DNA of 50,429 bases, filler included, from Porpidia crustulata (taxonomy: Eukaryota), in NCBI GenBank assembly GCA_964255105.1. It is 2 parts of 2 records of this genome, joined end to end, with 100 filler letters (N's around TTAATTAATTAA, not from the genome) between each part and the next. Parts side by side here need not be neighbours in the genome. Positions count along the whole stretch, not along the records: positions 1 to 25,251 come from CAXUWE010000051.1; positions 25,352 to 50,429 come from CAXUWE010000052.1. The stretch is one strand, 5' to 3'. Of the stretch, positions 24,503-36,421 are shown in pieces. Under the pieces are notes generated by a model. It made no database searches. It was not told the DNA's origin and saw only the letters and a list, made by a program, of their open reading frames with translations. The position numbers were made by a program, and so were the translations under genes. Each line of letters begins with the position of its first letter. Positions within the stretch are counted from its first letter, which is position 1.

Positions 24503-25251
24503 ATTTTCACGTCCTATTTTTATTTGAACAAAACTATTAAGTAAGGTCTTCTGGAGTTTCGTGAGGGCGGATATCTTTCGTTTCACGGGGGGGACCGGCG
24601 CCACACATACTCCACACGGACCGGTCTGTTGTTTTCATGGACCAGCACTTTTACACTTTCCATTGATGCAGTTCTTCAAGCGACGGCGTCGGCTTTCTTT
24701 CTTTCCATTTCCATCACGATTTCTTGGACGTACTTTTATCTTTTCTTGTGGTGCAAATGGCGGACTTGACGGTCCTTGTACATAGGGTGCGAGCGGGCGG
24801 ATAAGAGGTTCATAAGGAAAGGAAGCGGAGCGTGGATTATTGCGCGGGGCGCTGGGTTGGCGGTTGAGCCGGATTTATGTGGGTGGGTGTGTGTAAATGG
24901 TTGTGCGGGAGGGGGTGTTGGTGCGGCAGGATAGAGATGGTTAAAAGGGAATGAATGAAAAATATTCAATATTGATGAGGTACCCCTACAGATGCCTCGA
25001 TCTGCGCTTTTGCTTTCGCGGCGTGTAAGCTTTCCAACCCCCTCTGGCTATTTATCCCGCTCCCACGACTTCTAAGCCCGGGCACCCTTCCCACTCCCCT
25101 TCTCCCAACCAACAACCCTTCTCCCTTCCGCCCTTCCCTCTCCAGTCACACATCCCACATCTCACGACCCGCCATCCCACCCACTAATTCACGCACTCAC
25201 CCTCGACTACTTCCGTCTCCTCTCCATCTCACGACCCCTACACACATCCAT

Positions 25252-25351
25252 NNNNNNNNNNNNNNNNNNNNNNNNNNNNNNNNNNNNNNNNNNNNTTAAT
25301 TAATTAANNNNNNNNNNNNNNNNNNNNNNNNNNNNNNNNNNNNNNNNNNNN
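25252..25351. other. Assembly gap with artificial six-frame stop linker (N44-TTAATTAATTAA-N44)
   Basis: Ns at 25252-25295 and 25308-25351 flank the palindrome TTAATTAATTAA (25296-25307), which has TAA in all six frames. The total length is exactly 100 bp. Confidence 0.95.
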
Positions 25352-25639
25352 GGCGCTAGCAGGGAGCTTAGTGTAGTGTACTAACAACATTTCGCCCGGA
25401 TACAGTGTACTGCCGATAGCCAGCTGTCATTCCATCATAGCTGCTTGCGATCTTCGTAGAACTAATGACCCTGGGTTAGATTGATATGCTATTTCAAGAT
25501 CAGAAGCTCCCTTGCTGGAACGCTACCTGCATGACCTCATCTGGAACTTTTGTGCGGCCTGGATCTAGGTTTCGTGTGCGAAACTGGAGGAATCTATAAC
25601 GAAGGCAAAGGCGATATATTTCTCGAACGAAGAAGCACA

Positions 25640-28538
25640 ATGCCAGGCTTTGCAGACTCTTTCTGGTCCGGCGATTTTGCCTCTGGATTAAATGTACTTT
25701 TTGGGAAGCTTCAGCAGGGCGTCGTTGAGAACCAACAGGTTCTGACGATCGCACGAATGAGAGCTGATGCTGAAGATACATATGGCCGAAATCTGGGGAA
25801 TATCGCACCAACGACCGATAGGATGACTGGCGGGTTCATTCGAGATGATGGTGCAAGCTTACGAAAGGCGAGTCGACCAGATTAAGAGCTGAGAAAAGGG
25901 CTATCAGCTGATTTTGCACCCATATAGGCCTATGAAGGTGTCCGCGGCGAGATGGAGGCAGCTGCACAGAACCACAAAAAAATTGCCTCGAACATCAGCG
26001 AACTCGTGGTCATACCGTTCAGCCGTTGGTGCGACGCTCACGAAGCTCGCGTGCAGAACTCTCAGGAGGATCTACAGGCACGAATTAAGGCGCATAACAA
26101 GCAAGCCGACGCGGTACAGAAGCTCAGGAGCGCCTACTTCAATAAATGTCGACAGGTTGAAGACCTGGAAGAGGAGAACAAGCTCGCTTTCCAGGATCCT
26201 GAGAAGACCTCTGTTAGCCCGAAAATGGCACCCACCCCTACGATCAAGGTTGAAGAGGAGGTAGACGAGCCGGAGCCTGTAGAGATTGGAGACGAAGTGT
26301 ACCAACCGGATCAAGTTAAAAAGATCCTAATCCACATGCTCAGCAACATTAAGCTTGGCGAGGCCAAAGTCCCAATACTAGGGACATATCAGAATGTGTC
26401 CGTAGGGTCAGATATCGTTGAATATATCCAACGGCATATGGGCGCTACTAGCGTCAGCTACGCCGAGAGGGTTGGCCAAGACCTAGTTGCGAACGGTTTT
26501 CTGAGGCTTGTGGGCACTGTAGGTAATAATTTCGCTAATAGCTCGAAGATGAACTATCAGTGGCGGCCAAAGGCCTTCCAGGTTAGTGGTACTCCAGAGA
26601 AGAAAAGGTTGGAACGCGTCTCCTCGATTGGATCCACTGCCAGCCTGGACTCCCCCACCGTTGGCTCAGTCGGGGATATGTTGTCTGGCTGGAACCCCTT
26701 GAACAATGCGCATCCGAATGAGACGCCCGCCGAAAAGCTACGAAGAGAGTCATCGGAAGCAGACGAGAGATACAAAGTAGGAGTTCGGAAGTTAGACCTT
26801 TTGCGCTGCAACCTCGAAGAAGCTATAATTGATCATCTTAAATTCATGGAACGATGCGAGTTGGACCGTCTGAAAGCTATCAAAGCAGTTATTCTAGACT
26901 TCTCAGGAGCTATCAGCAATGTTATCCCTAGTCTGCAGAGCACTGTTGACAATATGATGCTTTACCAGGAGACAGTGCAGCCGCTGGGCGATCTGAGATA
27001 TTTGCTAGAAAACTATAGGACTGGGGCTTTTGTGCCGCATGTGCATATCTATGACAATTACTATAACCAGATCGATGGTAAGCAGACGATAGTACGTCAT
27101 GAAGTTTGAGTACTAGAGACTAATACAAATCATGTAGACCAAACGTTCGGCGTGGATCTTGAAGCCAGGGCTCGCGCTGATAGAAAGCGAGTGCCGATCA
27201 TCGTGACTACAATACTTACATTTCTTGACAACCGTAAGCAGTCTCTCAGGTCGTCGGGATATATCACCTGACCAAAGCTTATAGATTACCCTGATCTCGA
27301 GGGTGACGAGGCTCGTCGAGGTATTTGGCTGGTTGACGTGCCCTTGGCGGCCACACACCACCTTCGAAATACCATTAACACAGGCAAAGCTATTCCTCGC
27401 GAAACTTTAGAACGATATGAGATACCCATTGTTGCAAGCTCTCTGAAGTTATACCTACTAGAATTACCAGGTGCGTCAATGGTGGCATTTTGTGTAGAGT
27501 CAAAGCCCGCTGCTAAACATGATCACAGACTCCCTCGTCTCCTCACAAGTTTACGAAATTATCAAAACGATTTACTCAACACCCGATTCTTCTACCTCCT
27601 CTGAAACCCGTATCTCGGTCCTCCAAAATACCCTTGGCCAGCTTCGACTCGCCAACATTGCCACGCTCGACGCAATGACTACCCACTTTACCCGTCTCAT
27701 TGAGCTCACCTCCGCAACGGAAGAGTACGTTGCTTCCCTAGCTCAGGCGCTCGCTTCTTGCATACTCCGCCCCCGTACAGACACGTCCCTCACCGTGTAT
27801 GAGCGTCACTCTTACCGCCTCATTCGTGACCTTTTCGCCCACAAGGAAGCCATCTTCGGTGAACTTAAGAGAGCCTCCACTTTGACACATACTCCTAGCG
27901 GGAATGCTGCGTCCTCCGGTACAACTCGTCTCCGTGGAATCAGCACCGACGAGAGCAATCGTCGCGCCAATATGGAAGCCCGCAGTCGCGCGATCGCCTC
28001 CAAATCTCGCAACAGCAGTCCTGCTCCCCATGCCAATGGGCGTGCTCATCGACGAGACCGATCCAGTGACCCCCCACAGACGAGATTTCCCATTCAGACC
28101 AGTCCTACTGTTGCAGGGGATGGCCCGCGAAGAGTAACGGCGCGTGGAAATCTGGAAGTACCGGATAGCAAAGAAGGGTCTCCCTTAGTTGAGAAACATA
28201 GTACGCCTCTCAACAACGTCCAGAACAATCCACACATGATTCCTGAAGAACATTCCACCGTTACTGCTATTGTGAACGAGGATGCGCATACCAGCAATGG
28301 GGTTTCCGATCCTATAGCTGCCTTTGAAGTCACGAATGGCTCGTCAACTTCAAATGAGAAGCGAGATTCTATAGGTAGGAGGACGGTATTTCCGGCAAGG
28401 AAAGCTGCGGGAAGTTTGAGCTCGAGTAGGCTGTCTGGGGGCCCAGTAGTTGGGATGGGAAAGAGGGAAAGTCTGGGGGAAGACGTAGGAGATAGGCCGG
28501 TGGGCGTGCAATTAAGCGATCGACCAATGGATGATTGA
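25640..28538 (+). CDS. F-BAR (FCH)-DEP-RhoGAP protein, Rgd2/Rga8-like, 889 aa
   Basis: Exons 25640-25867, 25928-27077, 27138-27233, 27285-27470 and 27529-28538 (2670 nt). Intron 1 is GC-AG; the others are GT-AG. FCH start MPGFADSFWSGDFASGLNVLFGKLQQGVVEN, DEP segment AERVGQDLVANGFLRLVG, and RhoGAP motifs QTFGVDL..RVPIIV and ASSLKLYLLELPDSL. Confidence 0.9.
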
Positions 28539-28843
28539 AAGATTACTTGCGTATTTACGACGATTATATTCATTTGATCCATGTTCATGGTGAGGATCTC
28601 GTGCCTAAGCGGCCAATGTAAAGCCGACCCTCGAGGCGCCCTGGTCAGGGCTCTGCTTGAGTAACATGCGGTCTCAGTCTGCCATGAGTACCCCTATAAA
28701 GTAGCCGAGGATACGTGAAAAAAATTGAGATGTGTCTTGTTTTCTTAATAGGCTGCAAGCGTTGTCAGCAAAGGTTGTGGATTGGTATCTTGGAAGCCTG
28801 GTCATAAGTCCATGATGCAAATTATCTTATTTGTACAGCACAA

Positions 28844-30852
28844 TCACTCTCCCCTCAGCAGACCTCTCAGGATCCCTCCGCCAGGGCCCGCAAGGCATCC
28901 TTCGACCTCTCCCTCCCGGACCCAACTGACGAGTCTTTTCTCCTCACTTGGAGACACTCTCCTGACCTTCTTTCCCGGCGTTCGTAAGCCGAGTGCTAAG
29001 ATTCTCCCGTCCTCCCCTACTAAACCTAGCGTCTCCAATCCCGAGATCACGTCCGCGAATTCCGTAGCCATTAGTGGATGCAATGCATTCTCCCGCGAGC
29101 AGAGAGAGCAGTAGGCTTCGTAAAGCATTCGGACTGTGGGTGCAGCCCAGGGAGACGATGATTTAGAGGGTGTTCTGGATGGAGTGGGAAAGGTGGATCT
29201 TGGAGGCTGAAGGCGGCAACTTGACTTTTCAATGGAGATTAGAGTACATAGCGCAGCCTTCTGCTGCAAGTTCAGTGTTTGCAAGCGCTGCGATGTGCCG
29301 TTGCCTAGGATTGATGCAGAAACTCGGGCGACATGCGCGATTGTAGCACGTGGAGCTGAGGCTGGGGTAAGGACTGATGAAGAATCGATAGACTGGACCG
29401 AGTAGGAGGAGAGGTTGTAATTTTCTTGCAAGGGGGACTTCATTGTGAAGGGAGAGATGGGTCCACTGAGACGTTTCTGTTTAACTTCGGTCTCAATGAG
29501 ATCGATGGTACGGCGGATGATGTCGAAGGCTTTTCGAAGGTCACCAGTCTGAGCAGCAACTTTTTTGGAGCAGAATTGGATTGCAGCAGGTTGGATGATC
29601 GGAACAAAGCCTTTCTCGAGAGGTGTGGCGGCAGAGTAGAGCGAGTGTAACTTGGTGGTAATGACCGATGTGATCTGTGGCGCTGTGTAGGGGAGGAAAG
29701 CTAGATGTTGCGGTTTCATGTTCCTCGCCTTTAGACGTGGGAGAAAACGGTCGGTCAGGTCGAGGGCGTTCGCGATACCAATAAGCACGAGGCTTGATGA
29801 GCGCTGCAAAGACCATTCAAACAGCGTGTATAGAATTTCCAGGTCGAGTGTAAGAAGATGATCGATCTCGTCCAGGGTGACAATATAGATACTCCTATTT
29901 AGTTTTTTCTTGGGCATAAAGACTTTGTGCAACTCTTTCAGATCATCCCTTCCTGCGTACTCAATATCCCCTATTAAGTCTTTGACAAGTTTGTCGTAGA
30001 TATCCTGGGAGCTTTTCACACTCATACAATTGATGTACGATGTCTTAACGCCTTCCGCGACCCGAAATTTCCGGCAAACCTCACTGGTCAGAGCGCTTTT
30101 CCCGGTACCAGGCGGTCCACTAACGTACAAACACCGGCCTGTTCTGGTTTCAATGCCCCCCTCAATGAACGAGTTCAGCTCATTCCTCTCGCTCTCACGT
30201 GTAATCAAGCATCCTGGGTCTGCACTTCTTGCGAACATCTGACGAGCATCGTTATAAACGGTAGGCGCATCAGTTGGAGTCTTCGGTGTACGCAGGGAAC
30301 GGGGTGTCAAGGGCCGTCCTACGAGACCAATTCGATGACGGGGTGTAATCGGTACTTTCTTGGAGAGGGCATCTCGATGTCGAGGAGTCTGTGGCGTCGG
30401 GATCTGGACGGCGTTCACATTCTCGTCTACATTTGTCAGACTGCACCTTCACCTTTCAATCTGTAACTCACTTAAGGCCACTTTTGTAGCCTCAAATTGT
30501 TCGAAACTCTTAGTGGGAGAGATTGAAACTCTTTCGGTTTTCACGGTAGGCTTAGCTGGAGCCGAAGCAACTCTTGCACTTGACGCAAATTTGTGAAATG
30601 GATTTTCTGGGCTGCCCAGTCCCAGGGAATCATTATGATGGGTCGGAGGCTGTGTAACGTACGCATCTTCTGGATCGGCGTTCTCGTCATTAATAATTGG
30701 AGCTTGCGTTCTCCGTTTAGCGCGTGGTGAACTGGACGATAAGTGCTCTGAATGTTGGAATTAGTAGAGGCAGTGGCATTCTAGACGGTGAAATACTCAC
30801 CATTGAAGGAGTCGGGAGCTCTTGCCCTTTTACCCAGGATTGTGGACACCAT
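28844..30852 (-). CDS. CDC6: Replication licensing AAA+ ATPase Cdc6/Cdc18, 636 aa
   Basis: Exons 30852-30801, 30747-30472 and 30426-28844; introns 30800-30748 and 30471-30427. Walker A LYVSGPPGTGKS, Walker B IVTLDEIDHL, sensor GIANALDLTDRFLPRL and GDLRKAFDI. The N-terminus has clustered TP/SP CDK sites, and there is a winged-helix C-terminus. Confidence 0.95.
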
Positions 30853-30902
30853 TGTCGATGAGCTCTTGCTGCTTTGCCTTTGTGAGGGTTGCTGTTTTAA
30901 CT

Positions 30903-30942
30903 GCGCGAGCGGAGCGGAACACGAGAACGCGTCAAGCGCGAA
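30903..30942. promoter_or_regulatory. MCB/SCB-like cluster in the CDC6 promoter
   Basis: ACGCGT at 30927-30932, flanked by GCGCGA (30903-30908), CACGAGA (30920-30926) and GCGCGAA (30936-30942), 50-90 bp upstream of the Cdc6 ATG. cdc18/CDC6 is a known MBF target in yeasts. Confidence 0.65.
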
Positions 30943-31595
30943 TTGTAATCACGCCGTAAACTACCTAGTGTTATATTGGATATCGCCCTAGTATTGCATA
31001 AGAGTGGTGGAGTTATGAACAAGCTTAGGTAAGTCATTACCCGAGGTACTTAAGGTGGTTATACCCACCTTACCTTAACCGAGTCTCTGTGAGCTGGTGG
31101 GAACAAGATGGTTCAGTTGCCAAATACTCTGCTGATAACCTACTAGTAAAAGAAAATATGATCACTAAGTAAGATGATACTCTTTACATAGCTGAGATAT
31201 CCTTCAAAGATACCATTATGTTCGATCAAACACTCTAAAGTGATGTGTTCGGTCAAGCGTGAAGACATCCCAAAGTCGGACTTCTTCGAGGACTAATTTA
31301 TTAATAATAGATCACACGGGACGATCCCTGGGCGGCAAATCATTGGCTGCGAGGCTGTCAGCCTTAAGAAAAATGATCAAGATTCCATGCTCGCACCATC
31401 AGCTACGTTCTCACTTGTAGACGGGAACCGCAGAGATGCGAATCTAGCTCGGCCAACTACATGTATGACCGTTGCCAGGGAGGGAAAGCTGTAGCTGCTC
31501 AGAAAGAGTGCACCCGTCGACAAGAGTGAGACTCATGACCACAGCGCAGACTTAGTCCAATTGTGTTCTCTCCTGATCTGAGCTGGCAACTCGTC

Positions 31596-34500
31596 ATGCA
31601 GGACAGCCGGTCTCAGCAAGATTCCCCTTCGCAAAGATTGGTGAACCCGGCTCTTCCACCGCTCAGTAAATACTACTATGGACCAGCGCAGGTGTCGCCT
31701 CGTAATTCTCCCGCTAACGAGGGTACGTCACAAAGCCATGGCCGTTTTCCTTCGTGCCTAAGACTTTGACACCAAAATTAACACCGAGTCTCAGGTGCTG
31801 TCTTCGAGATACTACCCACCTTGCCACCTCGACGATTTCCAGGACCCCCGAACTTCCCTCCCAGACAAGCAGTGAATTCGTCAAATCCTCCTCCGTTAGA
31901 TCCAGGACAGACATGGCAGAGCTATTTCGAAAATCTACCGGGCTTCCAGCCTTCAGCTCCCTCCGCTAGTCAACTTTCTAATGCTGTATATAACCCAAAT
32001 ACTTATGGTCTTATGCCAGGCTCCCGTCATTCGCCAGTACATCCAGCGCCGAGGCAGCCTGTTTTACCAGATCCTGGTCCAGATATTTCATTATGGGAAG
32101 TGAGATACGACAACAACGGTTTTGGTCCAGTCCCATCTCCAAACCCCCCTCAGTTGCCGGTAAGATATGTCTGACGCAGGATTGCTTGCAATAATTACTA
32201 TACTAGAGGGCTAACATCAAGGCAACTCCTCAGCCAAGACCACAGAACGCAACCAACAGCCTACGCCAAAACAATCAGCCTGTACACGCAGATCTATACC
32301 CTGAGACCTCTCGGAACGATCCTGAAATTCTACAACCCGTTGCCTACAGCCCGAAGCCTTACCTGGCCCCTCAAAGCCATCAGCCGTTCTTCCAGGAACA
32401 CTCGACTAATTCACGATCTCGAATTGAATCTACAATTCTTCCACCGGCGATACTGACTTCTCTACCACCGCCTCCTCCTCCAAAGATCCCCACTGCCTAC
32501 GCACACGAAACGCAGCCGTATCATCAAATCGCGGCCTTCGTACCTTCAGATTCTTCACAGTCACAAACAAGATTCCCTGAGATAGGTCTCATGCAAGAGC
32601 AGTTCCAGTATTGCCAAGCTTCTGTGGATCATGAGCATTTCTGTGGCTCCACCGTTGAGGGAGCATTGCCCCACATGACGCAGCAGGAAGGACAGGCATC
32701 GCATCCACCACATCCGAACTTGCATCTAACACATACAGGACAGCATACTGACCTCAATCAATCTTGCACCGATCACCTCCTGCATCAGTCCTCTGTCTCA
32801 CCTGTTGGACCCCGTGATGACATCCGCTGGATTCCTGAGACCAACCAGTGGGAATCCCGTACCCCCTACATGCCATCTCCACAATTAGATCAAGCTGTTT
32901 TGTCCCAAGAAGTACGAAAGCAGAGCACCGGTACAGCTCAGTTGCCCCCTGCAAGCGCTTCAACAAAGGAATTGGCTCGTGGAACTGGCCAAACGCTGTC
33001 AAACGCGACCCTTTCTCAACCCCCTCCAACCCATATATCACAGGATGAGGTTCAAATCCAGGGTGATAGTAGTCAAGAGTCTCAAACGAATCACTCGTTC
33101 TACTGGCATTCGCCACATTCCTCCTCGGATACTACCAATGAACATAGTCAATCGATTTCTGGTCCTCCTACGCCACTGAATAATACGAACACCCCGCAGG
33201 CACCCCTAATCTCTACTACTGCCATAGAGCAAGCGCGCGACAGCGTGTACAGTCAAACCGCCAATATGTACAGCTCGGACCTTGGACTTTACAGCGCTTC
33301 TGCCCTGGGCTTTGGTGGACCGTCAGACTGGGAGCACTTCGGGGATTACGGAGCAGAAGAAGTAGATGACACCGAACTTTACAGCCGTGTAGTGCCTTCA
33401 ATAGATGAGCCCGTGTCCGCAGATTTCGCTGAGCTGCCTGCTGACACCCCTTTAATTGGGGTAGAAGAGCTTAAGCTTGTTGACTCCATCGATGCAATAT
33501 TCGCTAGACATGATCCAAAACCGCGATTCGAAGACTCTAACATACCAGAAACTTCTTCGACCATGACTCAGGATGCAGTAAGGCAAGAAGAAGCTGCTGA
33601 AGCCCATATTGAAACAACATCGAATCAGTCCCTGATGCAAGTCCACAGGTCATCTAACGAAGATGAAAGAACGCAGCCACAATCAGAGCGATCCTCTCAT
33701 CCTTGTAATTCGCTGGGCGTTATGGATGACACCATCCAAGCGTGGTCACAAGGCCCAAACACTCAAGCTCAAAGCTCACCGAGTCCGACAAGTAGCGATC
33801 AAAGTTCTCAAATAAAATCGATGAATGATGTAGACACACCGATGTACTCTGATCGCAGTAGGCCCTCCTCGAAACTAGAAAGCCCTCTACAGCTCGTAGA
33901 AAGAATTGAGAGAAGCGCTTCCAGTCAGCCAGAAATTGTAACGGAGAATTCTGGCATAGGTCACGACGTTCCTCCGCAAAAAATCCGAGCCTTGCGTAAG
34001 AATGCCGACAACGTGCTGGTGGGAAACCTCCTCGGGGATCAAGAGAAGGTTCCGGATGCGAATTCTCCATCGTACGTCGCATCTCCCATTGAGCATAATT
34101 CCAATATGGACGAAATCATAGATCAAGGTACCGGTGCAATAGCCAAGTTAGCTTTACTTGCTCCAGACAATCAAAGCCAACAAATCCTAGAGCAAAATTC
34201 CTCGAAACATTCGGAGAAGACAACGCAAGGGCAGCTTGGGCATGCAATGTCTCCCACCTCTCCGTCAAAGCAGTTTGGAACTATTGATCTTTACGCGAAC
34301 CTTGACCCGTGGGCTAGAGCGTCCTTAAACAGATACGTGGCGATGTTACGTGAGGAGGTTCGAGCAGAAACCGACAAAGACAAATTTAAGATATTTGAGG
34401 TTTTCATTGGTAGGGAGACTCGGTTGAGAGCCGTTTTATATGGAACCGAGGCCGAGACCTTGATTGAGAAGAGCCGACCGCTCCAAGAGGCCTTTATTCA

Positions 34501-36421
34501 GCGTACTGACACGGCAAACCCACCGCGCGCCTTAAAGGCGTTACCAGCGTTGCCTCCAGATGCCAATACATTCAATTCAAAGCTGCCAGCGTTGTCCGTG
34601 GTCCAGGATCCTACCGACTCAGCTGAAAATTTAGCGCAAGCTCAAACTTTGAATCTATCAATCGGAGACCAATCTTCTGTTATGGTAGAGTTTTCAGACG
34701 AAGTACAGTACAGTCCAGGAGGCAGACCAAAGGTTCCACGTCCTTCGAACACAGGTCAGGGTGGCGTTACGATCAGTAAAACGCCGAAAGTAATTTCCGA
34801 AGCACCGCATTCTGTAGGACCAGATTGCACTCCGGACTCTCCGAAGCCTGCCTACACACCATTCAGATACAGTCAGCCAGTCGTCACGGATACATCTTCA
34901 AAGCGCCAATCATACAGGCCCTATGCAGCGCTGAAGATCGGCTCATTGATTGTTGGGCCAAATATTGGCAACAAATCAAATGACCCGAAAATAGGCGGGA
35001 TAGACCCACCAGTAACTACACTTGTGGGTGATAGTCAGGATCATGACAAGATCGCCACCACGAGCTCTAGTGAGATGGAAGCTTTGACAAACAAACCCAA
35101 CAATCAAGAGCCACTGGATCTGAGACATTTCGAAAAAGCCGACTTTGATCCTTTGGTATCTGTACTACCTCAAACTGGGTCTCTGGGCCATCAGACAGGT
35201 TCACTTCAGGACTTGAAAAGTGGGATTGATGCAGTACCAGATGATTTCGGCTTCATTCATCAAAGTGTAGTCGCATGGGACGCTGGAAATAAGAAGCTAC
35301 GTGAGAATCACGAGAAGGCGAGGCATGCGCGGCAGATTGAATCCGAACAAAAGATTGATGCCCTCTTCGATGATCACGAAATCGGATACGGGGACATTTC
35401 AGAGCTTGAATCGGAGTTCAAGCGATCTGAAGCCGCCACTAAGGCTGATGAAGATCGATTAGAATATCAAACCTTTGTGTCTGAAGTTTTCGATCTAGTT
35501 TGGACTCGCCTTCATTTTGAGATTGACCAGCTGACACCCCTCTACAACCAATATACCAGCATTTTGAATGATACTTTAGCAGGTAAGGACATATTTGACG
35601 AATCAAGTAACCAATTTGCGCTTGCGCCAACCATGGATTCCTTGCTCAATTTGCATCAAAAGCTCGAAGTACGCCACCAAAAAGCCTTCGAAGCGGTTCT
35701 TGAAAGAGATCGCCGGCTCAAAAAGACTGAGCTTTCGCCGTGGTATTCACTAGGCAACGTGGCAAAGGTCAAACAACTTGAAAAGCAATTTGAAAAAGCA
35801 GAAAGAAATGCAATCGTCGAATATTGCCACCAACGCGACGTAAGAGCAAATAAGTTGATGGATGCGCTCGATCAGAACACTTTGAGAGGGGTTGGAGCCA
35901 ACCAGGACTATATGGAGCTGATCCATCGAGCCGTTTCCAGAGTTGCATCCCAGAGGGCTTTTGCTTCGTCTCCAAGTACGAATGAGCCCGGAGTTGGACT
36001 TGAGCAGGTTACGAAAGCGAAATCAGTCACAGCCACGCTTACTGCGTCGTCAGAACAAATCGTTCAAGTCTTCCACATCGCTGATATGTTGCTGAATGCG
36101 GCAGACTACGATGTTTCGGTTGCAAAGGCCAAGCTTGCAAATTCGGATTTGGCAACTTTCAAAAGACTGAGCGAAGAGAAGGCGAAAGAGGATCATAACT
36201 TGATGCGAGATCTTGAGCATCGTCTAGCTCTCATCAGGGAAGATTCGAGAAGAACCAACGACGAAATCGTGAAGCTTCTGTGTTTTCTGGGTGTTCAAAA
36301 TGGACACGCAGAAATGCCACAGAGAATTTCCGCAGGTGTGGATTCAAGCCATCACGAGAGGCTCCAGAAGGCGTTGGAGGAAGCAAAAATAAGGAACGCG
36401 TCAAACGCGGTGATCGCCTAG
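31596..36421 (+). CDS. Large uncharacterised protein, ~1,559 aa (disordered Pro/Ser-rich N-terminus, helical C-terminal domain)
   Basis: Exons 31596-31722, 31795-32159 and 32234-36421, with an alternative in-frame acceptor at 32221; introns 31723-31794 and 32160-32233. A 1276-aa uninterrupted ORF forms the core. Motif-like islands include ASALGFGGPSDWEHFG, LDPWARASLNRYVAMLREE and YSPGGRP, followed by a coiled-coil-rich C-terminal ~400 aa. The first exon is less certain. Confidence 0.8.

Noticed and set aside
23908..24510. 200-aa minus-strand ORF with a poly-Cys run
   Set aside because: It is the antisense reading of the (CAG)n tract and GC-rich codons of teaR.
25296..25307. TTAATTAATTAA as a biological palindrome or piggyBac TTAA target site
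   Set aside because: It is centred exactly within a symmetric N run, so it is a synthetic linker.
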